The translations under genes were made by a program, and so were the position numbers. Shown here piece by piece: positions 22,708 through 32,675 of a DNA stretch of 64,000 nucleotides; the stretch's first letter is position 1, and every line of letters starts with the position of its first letter. The DNA is from Alphaproteobacteria bacterium (lineage in GTDB: Bacteria > Pseudomonadota > Alphaproteobacteria > UBA828), in assembly GCA_965214705.1 (NCBI GenBank), contig CBDCCI010000002.1:2944001-3008000 (forward strand), read 5' to 3'. The notes beneath the pieces were generated by a model. It was not told the origin of the DNA. It did no database searches and worked only from the letters and a program-made list of their open reading frames with translations.

Positions 22708-23862
22708 TCAGCCGCTTCCTTCGGAATGGACAGGGACCGAGAAACGGAAGGTCATGCCGCCGCCTTCGCGCGTCTCGGCGGTGATTTCGCCGCCATGTCC
22801 CTCGACGATGGTACGGCATATCGACAGTCCGATGCCGATGCCATCGGGTTTCGAGGAAACGAAGGGCTCGAACAATCGCGGCTCGATATCGGGCGCCAGT
22901 CCCGGCCCCGTGTCGCTCACCTCCACTTCGACAACGCCGTCACGCTGCACAGTGGCAACGACGATCCTGCGCGACTCGCTGGCGCTCAGCGCATCAATGC
23001 TGTTGCGCACCAGATTGAGCACGACCTGTTGAATCTGGATGCAGTCGATCAGGACCGGCGGCAGATCCTGCGAGAGCTCGAGACTCACCTCAATGCCCGC
23101 CGCCGCGGAGCCCAACGCTGCCAGGGCACAAGTGTCCCGGACCAGCCCGTTGATGTCCTCGACCGCCCGGTCGGTATCGCCACGGTGCGTCAAGTCATAC
23201 AGGCGTTGAATAACGTTGGCTGCTCTGTGAGATTGAGCGACAGCCTTGCTCATATATTCCCGAGCCTGTTTCGGGACTCTGCTGTCGCTATCGTCAATGA
23301 GGGCCGCACCAGCCTCGACGAACCCGACGATGGCAGAAAGTGGCTGATTCAGTTCGTGAGCAAGCGCCGAGCCCATCTCTCCCAGGGCGCTTGCGCGCGA
23401 AACCCGCATCAACTCGGACTGCAGCTCCTCGATTCTCTCTTGAGCGCGCTTTCTTGCCGAGAGATCGTGGACCGTGCCAACGAACAACAACTCCCCGCTC
23501 GCTCCACGGAGCTCGCCGACCGACAGTCGCATCGGAAATGTCGATCCATCGCGCTTTTGCCCTACAACATCGCGACCGATGCCGATGATTTTTGCTTGTC
23601 CGGTCCGAACATAATTCTGCACATACATATCGTGATTGTCGCGGTGAGGCTGCGGCATCAGCAACTTTACGTTCTTGCCGAGTACATGCTCCGCCGGATA
23701 TTCGAACAGCCGTTCGCTCGCTGCGTTGTAGAGCAGAACGGTTCCCAGTTGATCGATTACGATCATGCCGTCGATAGCCTGATCGATCGCCTGGCGGAGT
23801 TCCTGCTCAGTGAATCTTGCCGCCAGCTTGCGTTCTCCCCTGCTTGGCGTCGACCCTGGCAT
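22708..23862 (-). CDS. fixL: FixL-like heme-PAS sensor histidine kinase (soluble)
   Basis: PAS LMPQPHRDNHDMY..IIGIGRDVVG..RDGSTFPMRLSVGE with the proximal His; AHELNQPL, NLVRN, DTGPG, GIGLS. Confidence 0.9.
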   Translation of the reverse strand: MPGSTPSRGERKLAARFTEQELRQAIDQAIDGMIVIDQLGTVLLYNAASERLFEYPAEHVLGKNVKLLMPQPHRDNHDMYVQNYVRTGQAKIIGIGRDVVGQKRDGSTFPMRLSVGELRGASGELLFVGTVHDLSARKRAQERIEELQSELMRVSRASALGEMGSALAHELNQPLSAIVGFVEAGAALIDDSDSRVPKQAREYMSKAVAQSHRAANVIQRLYDLTHRGDTDRAVEDINGLVRDTCALAALGSAAAGIEVSLELSQDLPPVLIDCIQIQQVVLNLVRNSIDALSASESRRIVVATVQRDGVVEVEVSDTGPGLAPDIEPRLFEPFVSSKPDGIGIGLSICRTIVEGHGGEITAETREGGGMTFRFSVPVHSEGSG

Positions 23863-24246
23863 TTCAGTATCGACCTTGGTCTTTTCTCCGATTCGACTCC
23901 CAATTGAGCTGGATGGTTTCAGTCCGATGCAGAAACTCATGCCCTGTGTGAGAGCGACTGCGGGCGATACGATCTATGGGCCGATCCCACGCTGCCGGCG
24001 GACGAGGTGAACGCGCGTCCCCATCGAGCCCATGCACGTCGGCCATTCGCTCCCCCGCCTGCACGGCCTCCAGCTCGGCCTGAACCGATCGCTGGGAGCG
24101 CAGGCATCTCGATGACGCACTCCTGCGGCAACCTCGACGCGGGTTGCATCGCCACCCGCACCATACCACAGGACTCGCGATCATGATGGCCGCTGGAACG
24201 CGCTCGAAGCGCTCTCGTAGCTCGGCGGTCGTTTCGTGTGCCAGGT

Positions 24247-25884
24247 TCAATCGATGCGAGGCGGGCCGCCTCGTTGCGTCCGGGCAGGGTGCGGCACTTG
24301 CTCGTCCACGTGTGCGGCGAACCCTGAGCCGGCCTCTGCGTATGCGTTGAATACCGTCGATGCGCCGGCCTGTTCGAGCAGCTTGATCTCGTCCTGGAAC
24401 CTGGCCGTGGCGGCAACCCGACCGCCAAACGAGGCGGCCTTGAGCTGGTCGAGGACCGCGAGGCTGGCCGCCAGGTTCGGCAGCGCCAGCATCACCAGCT
24501 CAAGTGTGTGGGCGGCCCCGACGCGGTCCCAAAAGTCGGCGTCGCTGGGATCGCCGAGCAGCACGTTGCGGCCCGTCGACTGCTGGCGTTCTACCGTGAT
24601 CGGATCGATGTCGATGCCGACCACGGTCGCGCCATGCGATCGATGCATGCTGTCGTAGGTCCCGGTGCCGATACGCCCCATGCCGATGATGGCGATCGTC
24701 GCTCCTCCGATATCGAGCAGCCCGTCGTCGGCGAGACGCCCCGGTCGTTGCAGGCGTTTCCACGTCGTCCGATACCGGGTGTAGATCCGATGGGCAACGA
24801 CGTTGAGTCCCGCGGAGGCGGCGCAGGACAGAGACAACGCAATCGCGATAGCGATCAACCAGCCCCCGTCGATCCAGCCGTTGGCGACGCCGATGGCCGC
24901 GACAATGAGCCCGAATTCGCTGTAGTTGGTCAGGTGCAATGAGGCAAGCAACGAGGTGCGAGCCCGCAGCTTGAACCCCGTCAGCAGACCGAAGAAGAGG
25001 ACCGACTTGAGAAACACGAACGGCGTGATGGCCGCGCCGACCAGAACCGCCTCCATCTCCAGCTGTCCGGACAGTCCGATGGACAGGAAGAAGCCGAGCA
25101 GGAACAGATCCTTGAAGCCCAGCATGGTCTTTGCCAATTCGTCGGCCTTGTTGTGGCTGGCGATCACAACGCCCAGGACGAGGGCACCGAGGTCGCCTTT
25201 CAGCCCAACCAGCTCGAACGCTTCGGCGCCGCCCAAGGCGAGAAGGAAACCGTAGAGGACCAGAAGCTCGCCATGACCGACCCGCTGCAGAACAAGCGTC
25301 AGCACCGGCCGCAGCGGAACGACGAGCAACGCCAGAAGTGCCCATAACGTCGGCCACGTTCCAACCGAGATCGCGAGAAACACGACGGCGGCGAGGTCCT
25401 GCACGATGAGAATACCGATCGCAATTCGTCCATGGAGCGACGTCGTCTCCCCTTTCTCCTCGAGTACCTTCACCACGAAGACGGTGCTGGAAAAGCTCAA
25501 TGCAAAGGCGATCAGCGCAGAGCGCGAAAGATCGAGACCGGAGAGAAAGGACGTGCCCAGAAGGGCCAGGACATAGATGACCGTTCCGAAGACCAGAACG
25601 ACGATCGTCATATGCAACCCGGTGACTGCCCAAACCTGTGGCCGCGCGAAGGTGCGAAGGTTGAGCTTGAGGCCGACGATGAACAGCAACAGGGTGATGC
25701 CGAGGTCCGACAGTTTCTGGAGGATTTCCCCGCTGCCGATTCCGTAAACGTTCAGAACGAACCCGGTCGCGAGGAAGCCGACCAGGGGCGGCAGCCCGAC
25801 GGTCTTGGACAGCAAGCCCATCACGAATGCCATGGCGATCCATGCGACGTCATCCAGGGCGATGGCAATCAACTCGAAATCCAT
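24247..25884 (-). CDS. CPA2 cation:proton antiporter with TrkA-N domain (KefB/C-like)
   Basis: LLLFIVGL, SFSST, GILIVQD, FFLSIG; C-terminal IIGMGRIG Rossmann motif. Confidence 0.88.
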   Translation of the reverse strand: MDFELIAIALDDVAWIAMAFVMGLLSKTVGLPPLVGFLATGFVLNVYGIGSGEILQKLSDLGITLLLFIVGLKLNLRTFARPQVWAVTGLHMTIVVLVFGTVIYVLALLGTSFLSGLDLSRSALIAFALSFSSTVFVVKVLEEKGETTSLHGRIAIGILIVQDLAAVVFLAISVGTWPTLWALLALLVVPLRPVLTLVLQRVGHGELLVLYGFLLALGGAEAFELVGLKGDLGALVLGVVIASHNKADELAKTMLGFKDLFLLGFFLSIGLSGQLEMEAVLVGAAITPFVFLKSVLFFGLLTGFKLRARTSLLASLHLTNYSEFGLIVAAIGVANGWIDGGWLIAIAIALSLSCAASAGLNVVAHRIYTRYRTTWKRLQRPGRLADDGLLDIGGATIAIIGMGRIGTGTYDSMHRSHGATVVGIDIDPITVERQQSTGRNVLLGDPSDADFWDRVGAAHTLELVMLALPNLAASLAVLDQLKAASFGGRVAATARFQDEIKLLEQAGASTVFNAYAEAGSGFAAHVDEQVPHPARTQRGGPPRID

Positions 25885-26325
25885 GGTGCTACTGCCCGTT
25901 TCTCCCCAAGTCCGAACGCCATTCGCTAAGCCACATTGCAGTCATCCGATACTGAAGAAGGCGTCATTGTCGTTAGTGGAAACATGTCGATCCGGGGCAT
26001 CGCGCCGGCACATGGCCCCGGCGATCGGTGACGGCCCTGGTGACGAGCAGGAGGAACAGTCTCTTGTGGGCGAGCAGGGTTCGCGATTCGAAACCGCGCA
26101 CCCGCCGAAGGATAACCCGGCGGTCATACCGAAGCCGGCTAGTAACTTCCGACTCCGAGCACTGGCACGAATTCTCTCCGAGCAGGCGGCGCGTCGAGAC
26201 TAGGCCGTGTATTCACTAACGCAGAAACTGCCTGAATACATGGGATTTTCGTCAGCTGGTCGTTTGAGACATATTTGGGCAAATCATTGTTTGAACAGAA
26301 CTTTCTGCGTTAACGAGTACAGACT

Positions 26326-27147
26326 CTAGTGAGACATCAGGACCGGCACGGTCATCTCGCCCAGAACGTGGCGGGTCACGCCGCCCAGCAGGAGCTCCTT
26401 CAGCCGATGGTGACCGTAAGCACCCATGACGAGCAGTTCGGCACCCTGATCGCTCACGGTAGACAGAAGGATATTGGCAACGTCGATGTCCGAAGACCCG
26501 ACCGTGTGCTGGACTCCTGCGCTGACTTCATGCCGGGTTAGATGAGTGCTCACGTCTGCACCCGGAATGCGCCTGCTGTCGCCTGTGTCGATACCGAAGA
26601 CGACCACCTTGTTCGCCTGCTGCAACAGCGGCAGCGCGTCGGTCAGAGCGCGCTTCGCCTCTCGGCTGCCGTTCCAGGCGACCGTGACCGTCTCCGGACT
26701 GACGCCGAAGGAACCGGTGTACGGCCAAACCAGTACGGGTCCTCCGGCGGCGAGCACCACGCCGTCCGCCAAGGCTCCCACGTTATCATCGTCCTCATCA
26801 TGAGTTTGACCGACAATGGTGATGTCGGCGAAGCGTGCGATAGTCGAGACCGCATCGACCGGATCGCCCGTCATGAGGCGCCATTCGCCCTGCACCGACG
26901 TCTGAGCTATCCGCTCCCCGAACGCCCGTTCGACCTCTGCGGCAGAATTGCGCTGGCGCACGTCCAGCTCCCTCAGAATGTTCGGTGGAATTCGAAAGCT
27001 CGCATACTCCTGATAGAGAAGATCGGGTAGCACGTACACGCCGGTGACCCTGCCCTGGTGGCGTTCCGCCAGCGCGATGGCGGCATCCAGGCGCGCGGGC
27101 GAGCGCTTGTCCCGAGCCAAGTGCACCAGAATGTCCCTGTATGCCAT
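26326..27147 (-). CDS. Universal stress protein
   Basis: MAYRDILVHL..LLVMGAYGHHRLKELLLGGVTR; close paralogue of 516-1340. Confidence 0.92.
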   Translation of the reverse strand: MAYRDILVHLARDKRSPARLDAAIALAERHQGRVTGVYVLPDLLYQEYASFRIPPNILRELDVRQRNSAAEVERAFGERIAQTSVQGEWRLMTGDPVDAVSTIARFADITIVGQTHDEDDDNVGALADGVVLAAGGPVLVWPYTGSFGVSPETVTVAWNGSREAKRALTDALPLLQQANKVVVFGIDTGDSRRIPGADVSTHLTRHEVSAGVQHTVGSSDIDVANILLSTVSDQGAELLVMGAYGHHRLKELLLGGVTRHVLGEMTVPVLMSH

Positions 27148-27249
27148 GATCTTCTCCCGTGTCAGGTCGCGCTCACCGGAATCTCTCGTCGTGAGTGCCA
27201 CCGATTGAATGGTCCCGGGGAGCCGGTTCGCGATGCGTCGTGCTTCCGT

Positions 27250-28281
27250 TCAGGGCCTGTCGACAATGGTAGTTGCGGAGAAGCCGAGCCAGTCCACGCG
27301 TCTGCCGATATCGGCCTCTATCTTCTGGATGAATGCGTGAAGATTGCCCTGCGAGTCTCCCAGTTCCTGCTCGCCGCCCACGAAGTCCAGATGGTTCAGG
27401 ACCACCCGGGTCGGCCGGTTGACCGCAAGCGCCCGCTTCACCAGCTTGGCGTCAAAGCGGGCCGGCCTGCGCAACAAGCCGGTGGACACCGTCAGCTCGG
27501 ACGCTATGTCCCGGCGCCCGGTCTCTTCGGCGATGGCCTCCCACGTCATTTCCCCGACGAGCGGTCCCGTATCCCCGGCCTCCCTGATCGGGAAAGACCG
27601 GACGACCATGGTGATGTCATCGACATCCACGGGGCTCAGTCCGGCTTCGGCCAGCGCGCCGGCCGCCGTCGTGCACCGCGCGGTTGCGTGCGGCCAGCAG
27701 CCGCCGTCCAGAATCGACATTCCGAAGCCGTGCGTGCCTTCGACGACGACCCGGTTGCCGTCTTCGATATGCTGGCGGAGACGCGTGCCGACATCGCCAA
27801 GGAAGCGCGCGAGTCTGGGCTCGTCCGCAGCGAAAACGGAACGCAGAGGGAGGTTTCTGGCCTGACGTGCCACCGACGCCATGATGGCCGCACCCACACC
27901 GGAACCGGCCGAGCCCAGCGTGCTGATGAGCTCTCCCGCCATTTCCCATTCCCGGTGCCGGGCGGTTATGACGTGCGCAAGGCGGCTGACCGAAACGCGC
28001 TCCTCGTCCAGGCCCAGCGTCTCGATTTCTTGCAAGAGAATATCGACATCGATGTACGAACCTGCGGGGAAGGCGACATCGACATCCCTGTCGACGCAGC
28101 AGGCGGGCAATTGGCGGAGCGAGTGCCGCTTTCCGGAGCGGTCGTAGGACGTATGTTCCGTGTCGGGACCACCAACACGTACCGCGACGACTTCCTCTTG
28201 AGACCGTCTCACGAGCTCAAGGGCCGTCTTGCCTTTGCCCTCGGAGCCGAACTGACCTCCAATCACGATCGAAACGGGCAT
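27250..28281 (-). CDS. Short adenylosuccinate-synthetase-family protein, PurZ/PurZ0-like
   Basis: GGQFGSEGKGK (Ser replaces the PurA Asp13), EGTHG, FPIR, ELTVSTGLLRR, NHLD; 343 aa; GAGGTG ribosome-binding site. Confidence 0.8.
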   Translation of the reverse strand: MPVSIVIGGQFGSEGKGKTALELVRRSQEEVVAVRVGGPDTEHTSYDRSGKRHSLRQLPACCVDRDVDVAFPAGSYIDVDILLQEIETLGLDEERVSVSRLAHVITARHREWEMAGELISTLGSAGSGVGAAIMASVARQARNLPLRSVFAADEPRLARFLGDVGTRLRQHIEDGNRVVVEGTHGFGMSILDGGCWPHATARCTTAAGALAEAGLSPVDVDDITMVVRSFPIREAGDTGPLVGEMTWEAIAEETGRRDIASELTVSTGLLRRPARFDAKLVKRALAVNRPTRVVLNHLDFVGGEQELGDSQGNLHAFIQKIEADIGRRVDWLGFSATTIVDRP

Positions 28282-28394
28282 GGCTCACCTCCCCGCGCCT
28301 CGTCCCGAGCGCCGTCGACCTTCGAGTCGATGGGCAGCGGTCCAATCCGAATCGCCCGACTGAATGATGGTCGTGGCCCCTTTGCCGCAAACCG

Positions 28395-28763
28395 TCACGA
28401 GCGAACTCCTGCGGGCTCCGCGTTCGTTGCCGTGAGGCGATCTGGCCTCGTCGCGCCGGCGAGCGGCTCCGCTCGGCAAACGCAGGCCTCTCGCGGTGCA
28501 TCCCTTGGCCCGCCCTTCCGGCTAGGAGCGTCCAGGGCCTGTTCGAGCTGCGCCGCCAACTGCCGCGCCGCTGCCGGGGACAGGACGAAGATGTAATCCC
28601 TGAATTCCCTCTTCCAGTCGGCTTCGCACAAATGAACCGCGACCGTCCGCCCTGTGCCGTCCATCGCCGCGGCCAATTCCCCCACCACACGAACCGGCAG
28701 GCGCGGAAACCCCTTTGGATGCCGGAATCCGTGCTTGATATCGGCAGGAATGCACTTCGTCAT
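28395..28763 (-). CDS. Hypothetical protein
   Basis: ORF with AGAGGA upstream, co-oriented with neighbours; no recognised motif. Confidence 0.45.
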   Translation of the reverse strand: MTKCIPADIKHGFRHPKGFPRLPVRVVGELAAAMDGTGRTVAVHLCEADWKREFRDYIFVLSPAAARQLAAQLEQALDAPSRKGGPRDAPREACVCRAEPLAGATRPDRLTATNAEPAGVRS

Positions 28764-28941
28764 CCTCTGTCCTCTGCTCCGATGCCTCTCGGGCCCGATC
28801 AAGATCAACAGGATCGCCGCGGGGAAGACGATCCCCAGGATGAACCTTCAGGAACCGCCGTGCCCTCGATTGCGTGCCGCGAGAGCACGCAACCTCCCGC
28901 CTCGCAACATCGCGTTCCTGATATGGCGCGCGCAGGCCGGT

Positions 28942-29235
28942 TCACCACGCGACGGGCTCCCCATAGCCGTTGAGGAGCCACTTGATTGCGTAATCGACAG
29001 GCTTCTCGATGGGACAGCGCAGCATCGAGAGCCTGATGAGGGCGTCGCGCCTGGCTTCTTCCTCGGTGACGAAAGTGTCCGCGCTAGAGATGATGCTTTC
29101 GTGGAGCCCCTTGCCGTCTTCCGTACGGCAATGCCTGACGAGCGACCAGACGATAGCCGCGTCTCCCGCCTCGTCCGCGTCCTTCTTCAGGCGCGCCGCC
29201 TGGAGCTCGACGATGTAGTGCCAATCCAGGGCCAT
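28942..29235 (-). CDS. Hypothetical protein (97 aa)
   Basis: ATG overlaps the upstream stop (TGATG), suggesting translational coupling; protein-like composition. Confidence 0.55.
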   Translation of the reverse strand: MALDWHYIVELQAARLKKDADEAGDAAIVWSLVRHCRTEDGKGLHESIISSADTFVTEEEARRDALIRLSMLRCPIEKPVDYAIKWLLNGYGEPVAW

Positions 29236-29501
29236 CAGAAGTTCCTCAGCGTCAGAAGGGCGTTGTGGCAGGCCCAATCCTCGCGGTCCGGGCGCGTGAT
29301 GAGGAGGCGGTCGTCGCCGGCGACGAAGCGCTTCAGTCGATTCCGGAGTTGCCATGCCGATGCTCCCTCGCAGCGAATGCCCCAAAGAGAAGCGAGCACC
29401 TTCCGCCCGGCCATGCTCTTCAGGGCACCAACAAGCTCCGGATAATCGGCATCCGGGCCTGTGAGATCGCAACTCACCAGGTACACCAGCGGCCGATGCA
29501 A
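29235..29501 (-). CDS. Stand-alone Cas2-like / ferredoxin-fold small protein
   Basis: YLVSCDL....DY..L..ALK......LASLW.......QLRNRL..F...DDRLLI pattern of the orphan Cas2-like family; start uncertain. Confidence 0.6.
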   Translation of the reverse strand: MHRPLVYLVSCDLTGPDADYPELVGALKSMAGRKVLASLWGIRCEGASAWQLRNRLKRFVAGDDRLLITRPDREDWACHNALLTLRNF

Positions 29502-29908
29502 TTCGGAAAGGTGGTCCGCGCCTGCGGGTACCGGATGGAACGCAAGCGCGGACCCACGAGACACCGGAGCAGACAGATGGCGTCTCATGCAGTCAGCCGA
29601 TCCAGGATCTTGCCAGGAGAGAAGTGCACGCGAGCAGTCACCCCCTCCCGATTGGGGCGCAGACAGATCCTGCGAACTGGCTGCACTGGAAGCTCTGCCA
29701 TCTTTGCTGTCTTGCCGTCGGTCAGGCCCAGCAAATGGAGGAGGAGAGTCTTGGTCGTGGTCTCTGATCGCACGTGCCAGCCCTTCCTCGACGCCCAGAC
29801 CGCGAAGCGCAGTATTGGAGACAAGAATTCCGGTCCCATTGGGAGGCCGGACAGCTGAGTTACGAGCCGTTTCGCGACATCACTACTAGCTGTTGGGCGT
29901 CCACGGTC

Positions 29909-29946
29909 GCAATTCGGGATTCATACCTAAGCGGAATTGCGTAACG
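29909..29946. promoter_or_regulatory. 38-bp conserved intergenic motif, copy 3
   Basis: GCAATTCGGGATTCATACCTAAGCGGAATTGCGTAACG; contains GCAATTC-N18-GAATTGC dyad. Confidence 0.55.
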
Positions 29947-30543
29947 ATCCCGGTGCTCGCGCTTTCCGCCTCCCCGATCAAGGTCTCGAGCCCGCAGACA
30001 AGCGCGTGGACCACGCCGTCTCCGGTGTGTCACAGGGGTTGCGACCGACGCGTTCGGTGATCGGCAGCGGCGGGATCGGCGATGATCGCCATTAGGGAAC
30101 CTCTGATTTGTCAGGGGTTCCCGTGGCACAGGGATGTGCCACCAATATCGGTGGCTATAAGTCACTGAAAATGTGAGAAAAGCGGAAAGCGCGCTTTCGC
30201 CTTGCGCGTCTGAGAAGTGCAGGAGGCACTTATTCAGACCTTCCTTAGTGCCACCATGGCTGTGATGAACACCGATTTACCAACCATCGCGCCTTTTCCA
30301 GTGACGCACAGCGGCCCGCTGCACCGCGAAGCTTGTCCCGGCCCCATGATGGAGGATCGTCGTGCGGCATCGTAGCCGGGCAGCGCGAATGCTAATAGCC
30401 TCGTCCTTGCCGTCGACCTCTCGCCCGCCAAATTGCCGTTGAAAGGCGTCCTCCGAGGCACGACATCTTTGTCGGTCGCCGCGAGCGTGATACCCGGCGA
30501 CCCGATGATCGAACGAGTGCGATGCCTCCCGAAAGACGACTGA

Positions 30544-31488
30544 ATGGAGTTCAAGGATTACTACGAGACTCTGGGTGTCGGGCGTGACGCGAAGCCGGAC
30601 GAGATCAAGCGTGCCCACCGGCGCCTGGCGCGCAAGCTCCATCCGGACCTGAACAGAGAGCCGGATGCGGAAGACCGCTTCAAGGAGGTCCAGGAAGCCT
30701 ACGAGGTGCTGAAGGACCCGGAGAAGCGCGCGGCCTACGATCGCTTCGGCGCCGACTGGAAGGCGGGCCAGGAATTCCGCCCGCCGCCGGACTGGCAACC
30801 CGATGTCGACTTCGCCGGAGGCGGCTACACCGGGGCCGGCGAGTTCAGCGACTTCTTCGAGGCCCTGTTCGGCGGCGCCGGGCACCGCCGCTCGAGCGGT
30901 GGCTACACGCATCTGCGCATGAAGGGCGAGGACATTCATGCTCGGATCGCCATCTCGCTGGAGGATTCCTTCCGCGGCGCGACGCGCAACCTAACCCTGG
31001 AGGTCCCGCAGTTTGACGACGAGGGCCGCCTGGTGACCCGGCGACACACCCTGAACGTCACGATCCCGAAGGGCGTGGTCCAGGGCCAGCAGATTCGGCT
31101 CCGGGGCCAGGGCGGGCCGGGCCTCGGCGGCGCTCCGGACGGCGACCTTTACCTGGAAATCGTCTTCGCGCCGCACCGGCTGTTCCACGCGACCGGACGC
31201 GACATCCACCTCGATCTGCCGGTGGCGCCGTGGGAAGCCGCGCTCGGCGCCACGGTCACCGCGCCGACGCTCGGCGGCGACGTGGAGCTGAAGGTCCCCG
31301 CGGGCTCGGCGACCGGGAGCCGGCTGCGGCTGAGGGGCCGGGGCTTGCCCGGCACGCTGGCGGGCGACCAGTATGTCGAGATCGAGATACAGACCCCGAA
31401 GCCGGAGACCGACGAGGCGCGCGCACTCTACGAGCGGATGAGCCGGGAGATGGCCTTCGATCCGCGGGCCGGACTCGGGAAGGGTTGA
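30544..31488 (+). CDS. cbpA: Curved DNA-binding protein CbpA (DnaJ class II)
   Basis: MEFKDYY..LHPD J-domain, [11 protein letters not shown]-terminal APWEAALG; followed by cbpM. Confidence 0.92.
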   Translation: MEFKDYYETLGVGRDAKPDEIKRAHRRLARKLHPDLNREPDAEDRFKEVQEAYEVLKDPEKRAAYDRFGADWKAGQEFRPPPDWQPDVDFAGGGYTGAGEFSDFFEALFGGAGHRRSSGGYTHLRMKGEDIHARIAISLEDSFRGATRNLTLEVPQFDDEGRLVTRRHTLNVTIPKGVVQGQQIRLRGQGGPGLGGAPDGDLYLEIVFAPHRLFHATGRDIHLDLPVAPWEAALGATVTAPTLGGDVELKVPAGSATGSRLRLRGRGLPGTLAGDQYVEIEIQTPKPETDEARALYERMSREMAFDPRAGLGKG

Positions 31489-31492
31489 AGCG

Positions 31493-31834
31493 ATGGCCAG
31501 ACGCGAAATTCAGCAATTCTCCGGTACGCTGCTCGACGAGCGCACAGTCTTCACCCTGCGCGAGCTTTGCGTGGCCTGCGGGGTGCATGCGGAGATCGTG
31601 ATCGAGATGGTTGACGAAGGCGTGCTGGAGCCTCGGGGCGCCGATCCGTCCGACTGGCGCTTTTCGGGCAGCGCGGTGACGCGCGCACAGAAGGCACTCA
31701 AACTCTCCCGCGATCTCCGCGTCAACTGGCCAGGGGCAGCTCTTGCCCTCGATCTGCTGGAGGAAATCGAACGTTTGCGTTCGCGCCGTCACGCGGCCTT
31801 GCGGTCCGCACGGCACCAAGACTCCGACGTTTAG
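31493..31834 (+). CDS. cbpM: Chaperone modulator CbpM
   Basis: ELC.ACG..EMVDEGVLEP..W.F..L.RDL.VNWPGAALALDLL. Confidence 0.9.
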   Translation: MARREIQQFSGTLLDERTVFTLRELCVACGVHAEIVIEMVDEGVLEPRGADPSDWRFSGSAVTRAQKALKLSRDLRVNWPGAALALDLLEEIERLRSRRHAALRSARHQDSDV

Positions 31835-32009
31835 GCCAAGCTCTGGAGAGGGCAATCGGAATTGCCGCACAGACCCTGACGCTGCGGGCCAGCGGTCGGC
31901 CGCCACACCGTGCCCTCATGCGCAGCCGCTGTATCGGAGCCTGCCCGGTGACGCCTTCCGACCGCCAGCCTCAGACCGCCGATCAGCAATCGGTTACGGA
32001 GACACAGTC

Positions 32010-32675
32010 TTGACCACCCGCAATCTCGATTCACTCATTAATGCCGGATCCGTGGCGCTGGTCGGCGCCAGCAAGACGCCGGGATCGCTTGGCGCCGTGC
32101 TCGCCCACAACCTGTTCAATTCGGGCTTCGACGGCCCGATCATGCCGGTCAATCCTCGCCACGAAGCTGTAGAGGACGTTCCGACATATCCGGACGCGGA
32201 GTCCCTTCCTCTCGTGCCCGATCTCGCCGTTATCGCGACACCGCCCGCGGCGGTTCCCGGCTTGATCGCCGCCTTCGCCGAGCGCAGCACCAAGGTGGCT
32301 GTCGTCATCACCGCCGGCTTCGGCACCCATGACGGCGACGGTCCGGCCATGTGGCAGGACACGCCAGACGCCGCGCAACCGCATACCATGAGAATCGTGG
32401 CGCCCAACTGCCTCGGCGTCATGGTGCCCGGCATCGGTCCCAACACCAGTTTCGCGCATCGCGTGAGGGTCCGCTGGCCTTCGTCCAGCCGGCATCGATC
32501 TCCCCGATTCCGCGAAAGGGCCGGACATGGGTCACCAGGCGCCTGCTTAGCGCGGAGCAACATCAGGTCGCTCTCCGCCACCGCGAGGAAGCAGGTGCGC
32601 GGGGCATCGACCCACAACCGCGCGCCGCCCTCCCCGCCGATCCGGGCGTTCAGTTTTTGGAGGCTGTTGATGTAA
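32010..32675 (+). pseudogene. N-terminal fragment of acyl-CoA synthetase (ADP-forming)/Pat-type acetyltransferase
   Basis: SVALVGAS, PVNP, PDLAVIATP, VVITAGF, PNCLG; similarity ends near 32460. Confidence 0.8.

Noticed and set aside
27250-28281. Housekeeping purA
   Set aside because: Lacks the GDEGKG Asp and other PurA residues and is much shorter than typical bacterial PurA
28795-28808. Possible FNR/FixK box CCGAT-CAAG-ATCAA
   Set aside because: Only 8/10 match, a single instance, and no Crp/Fnr gene in the window
29235-30500. CRISPR-Cas locus suggested by the Cas2-like ORF
   Set aside because: No repeat-spacer array and no cas1 or effector genes; the 38-bp motif copies are about 8 kb apart
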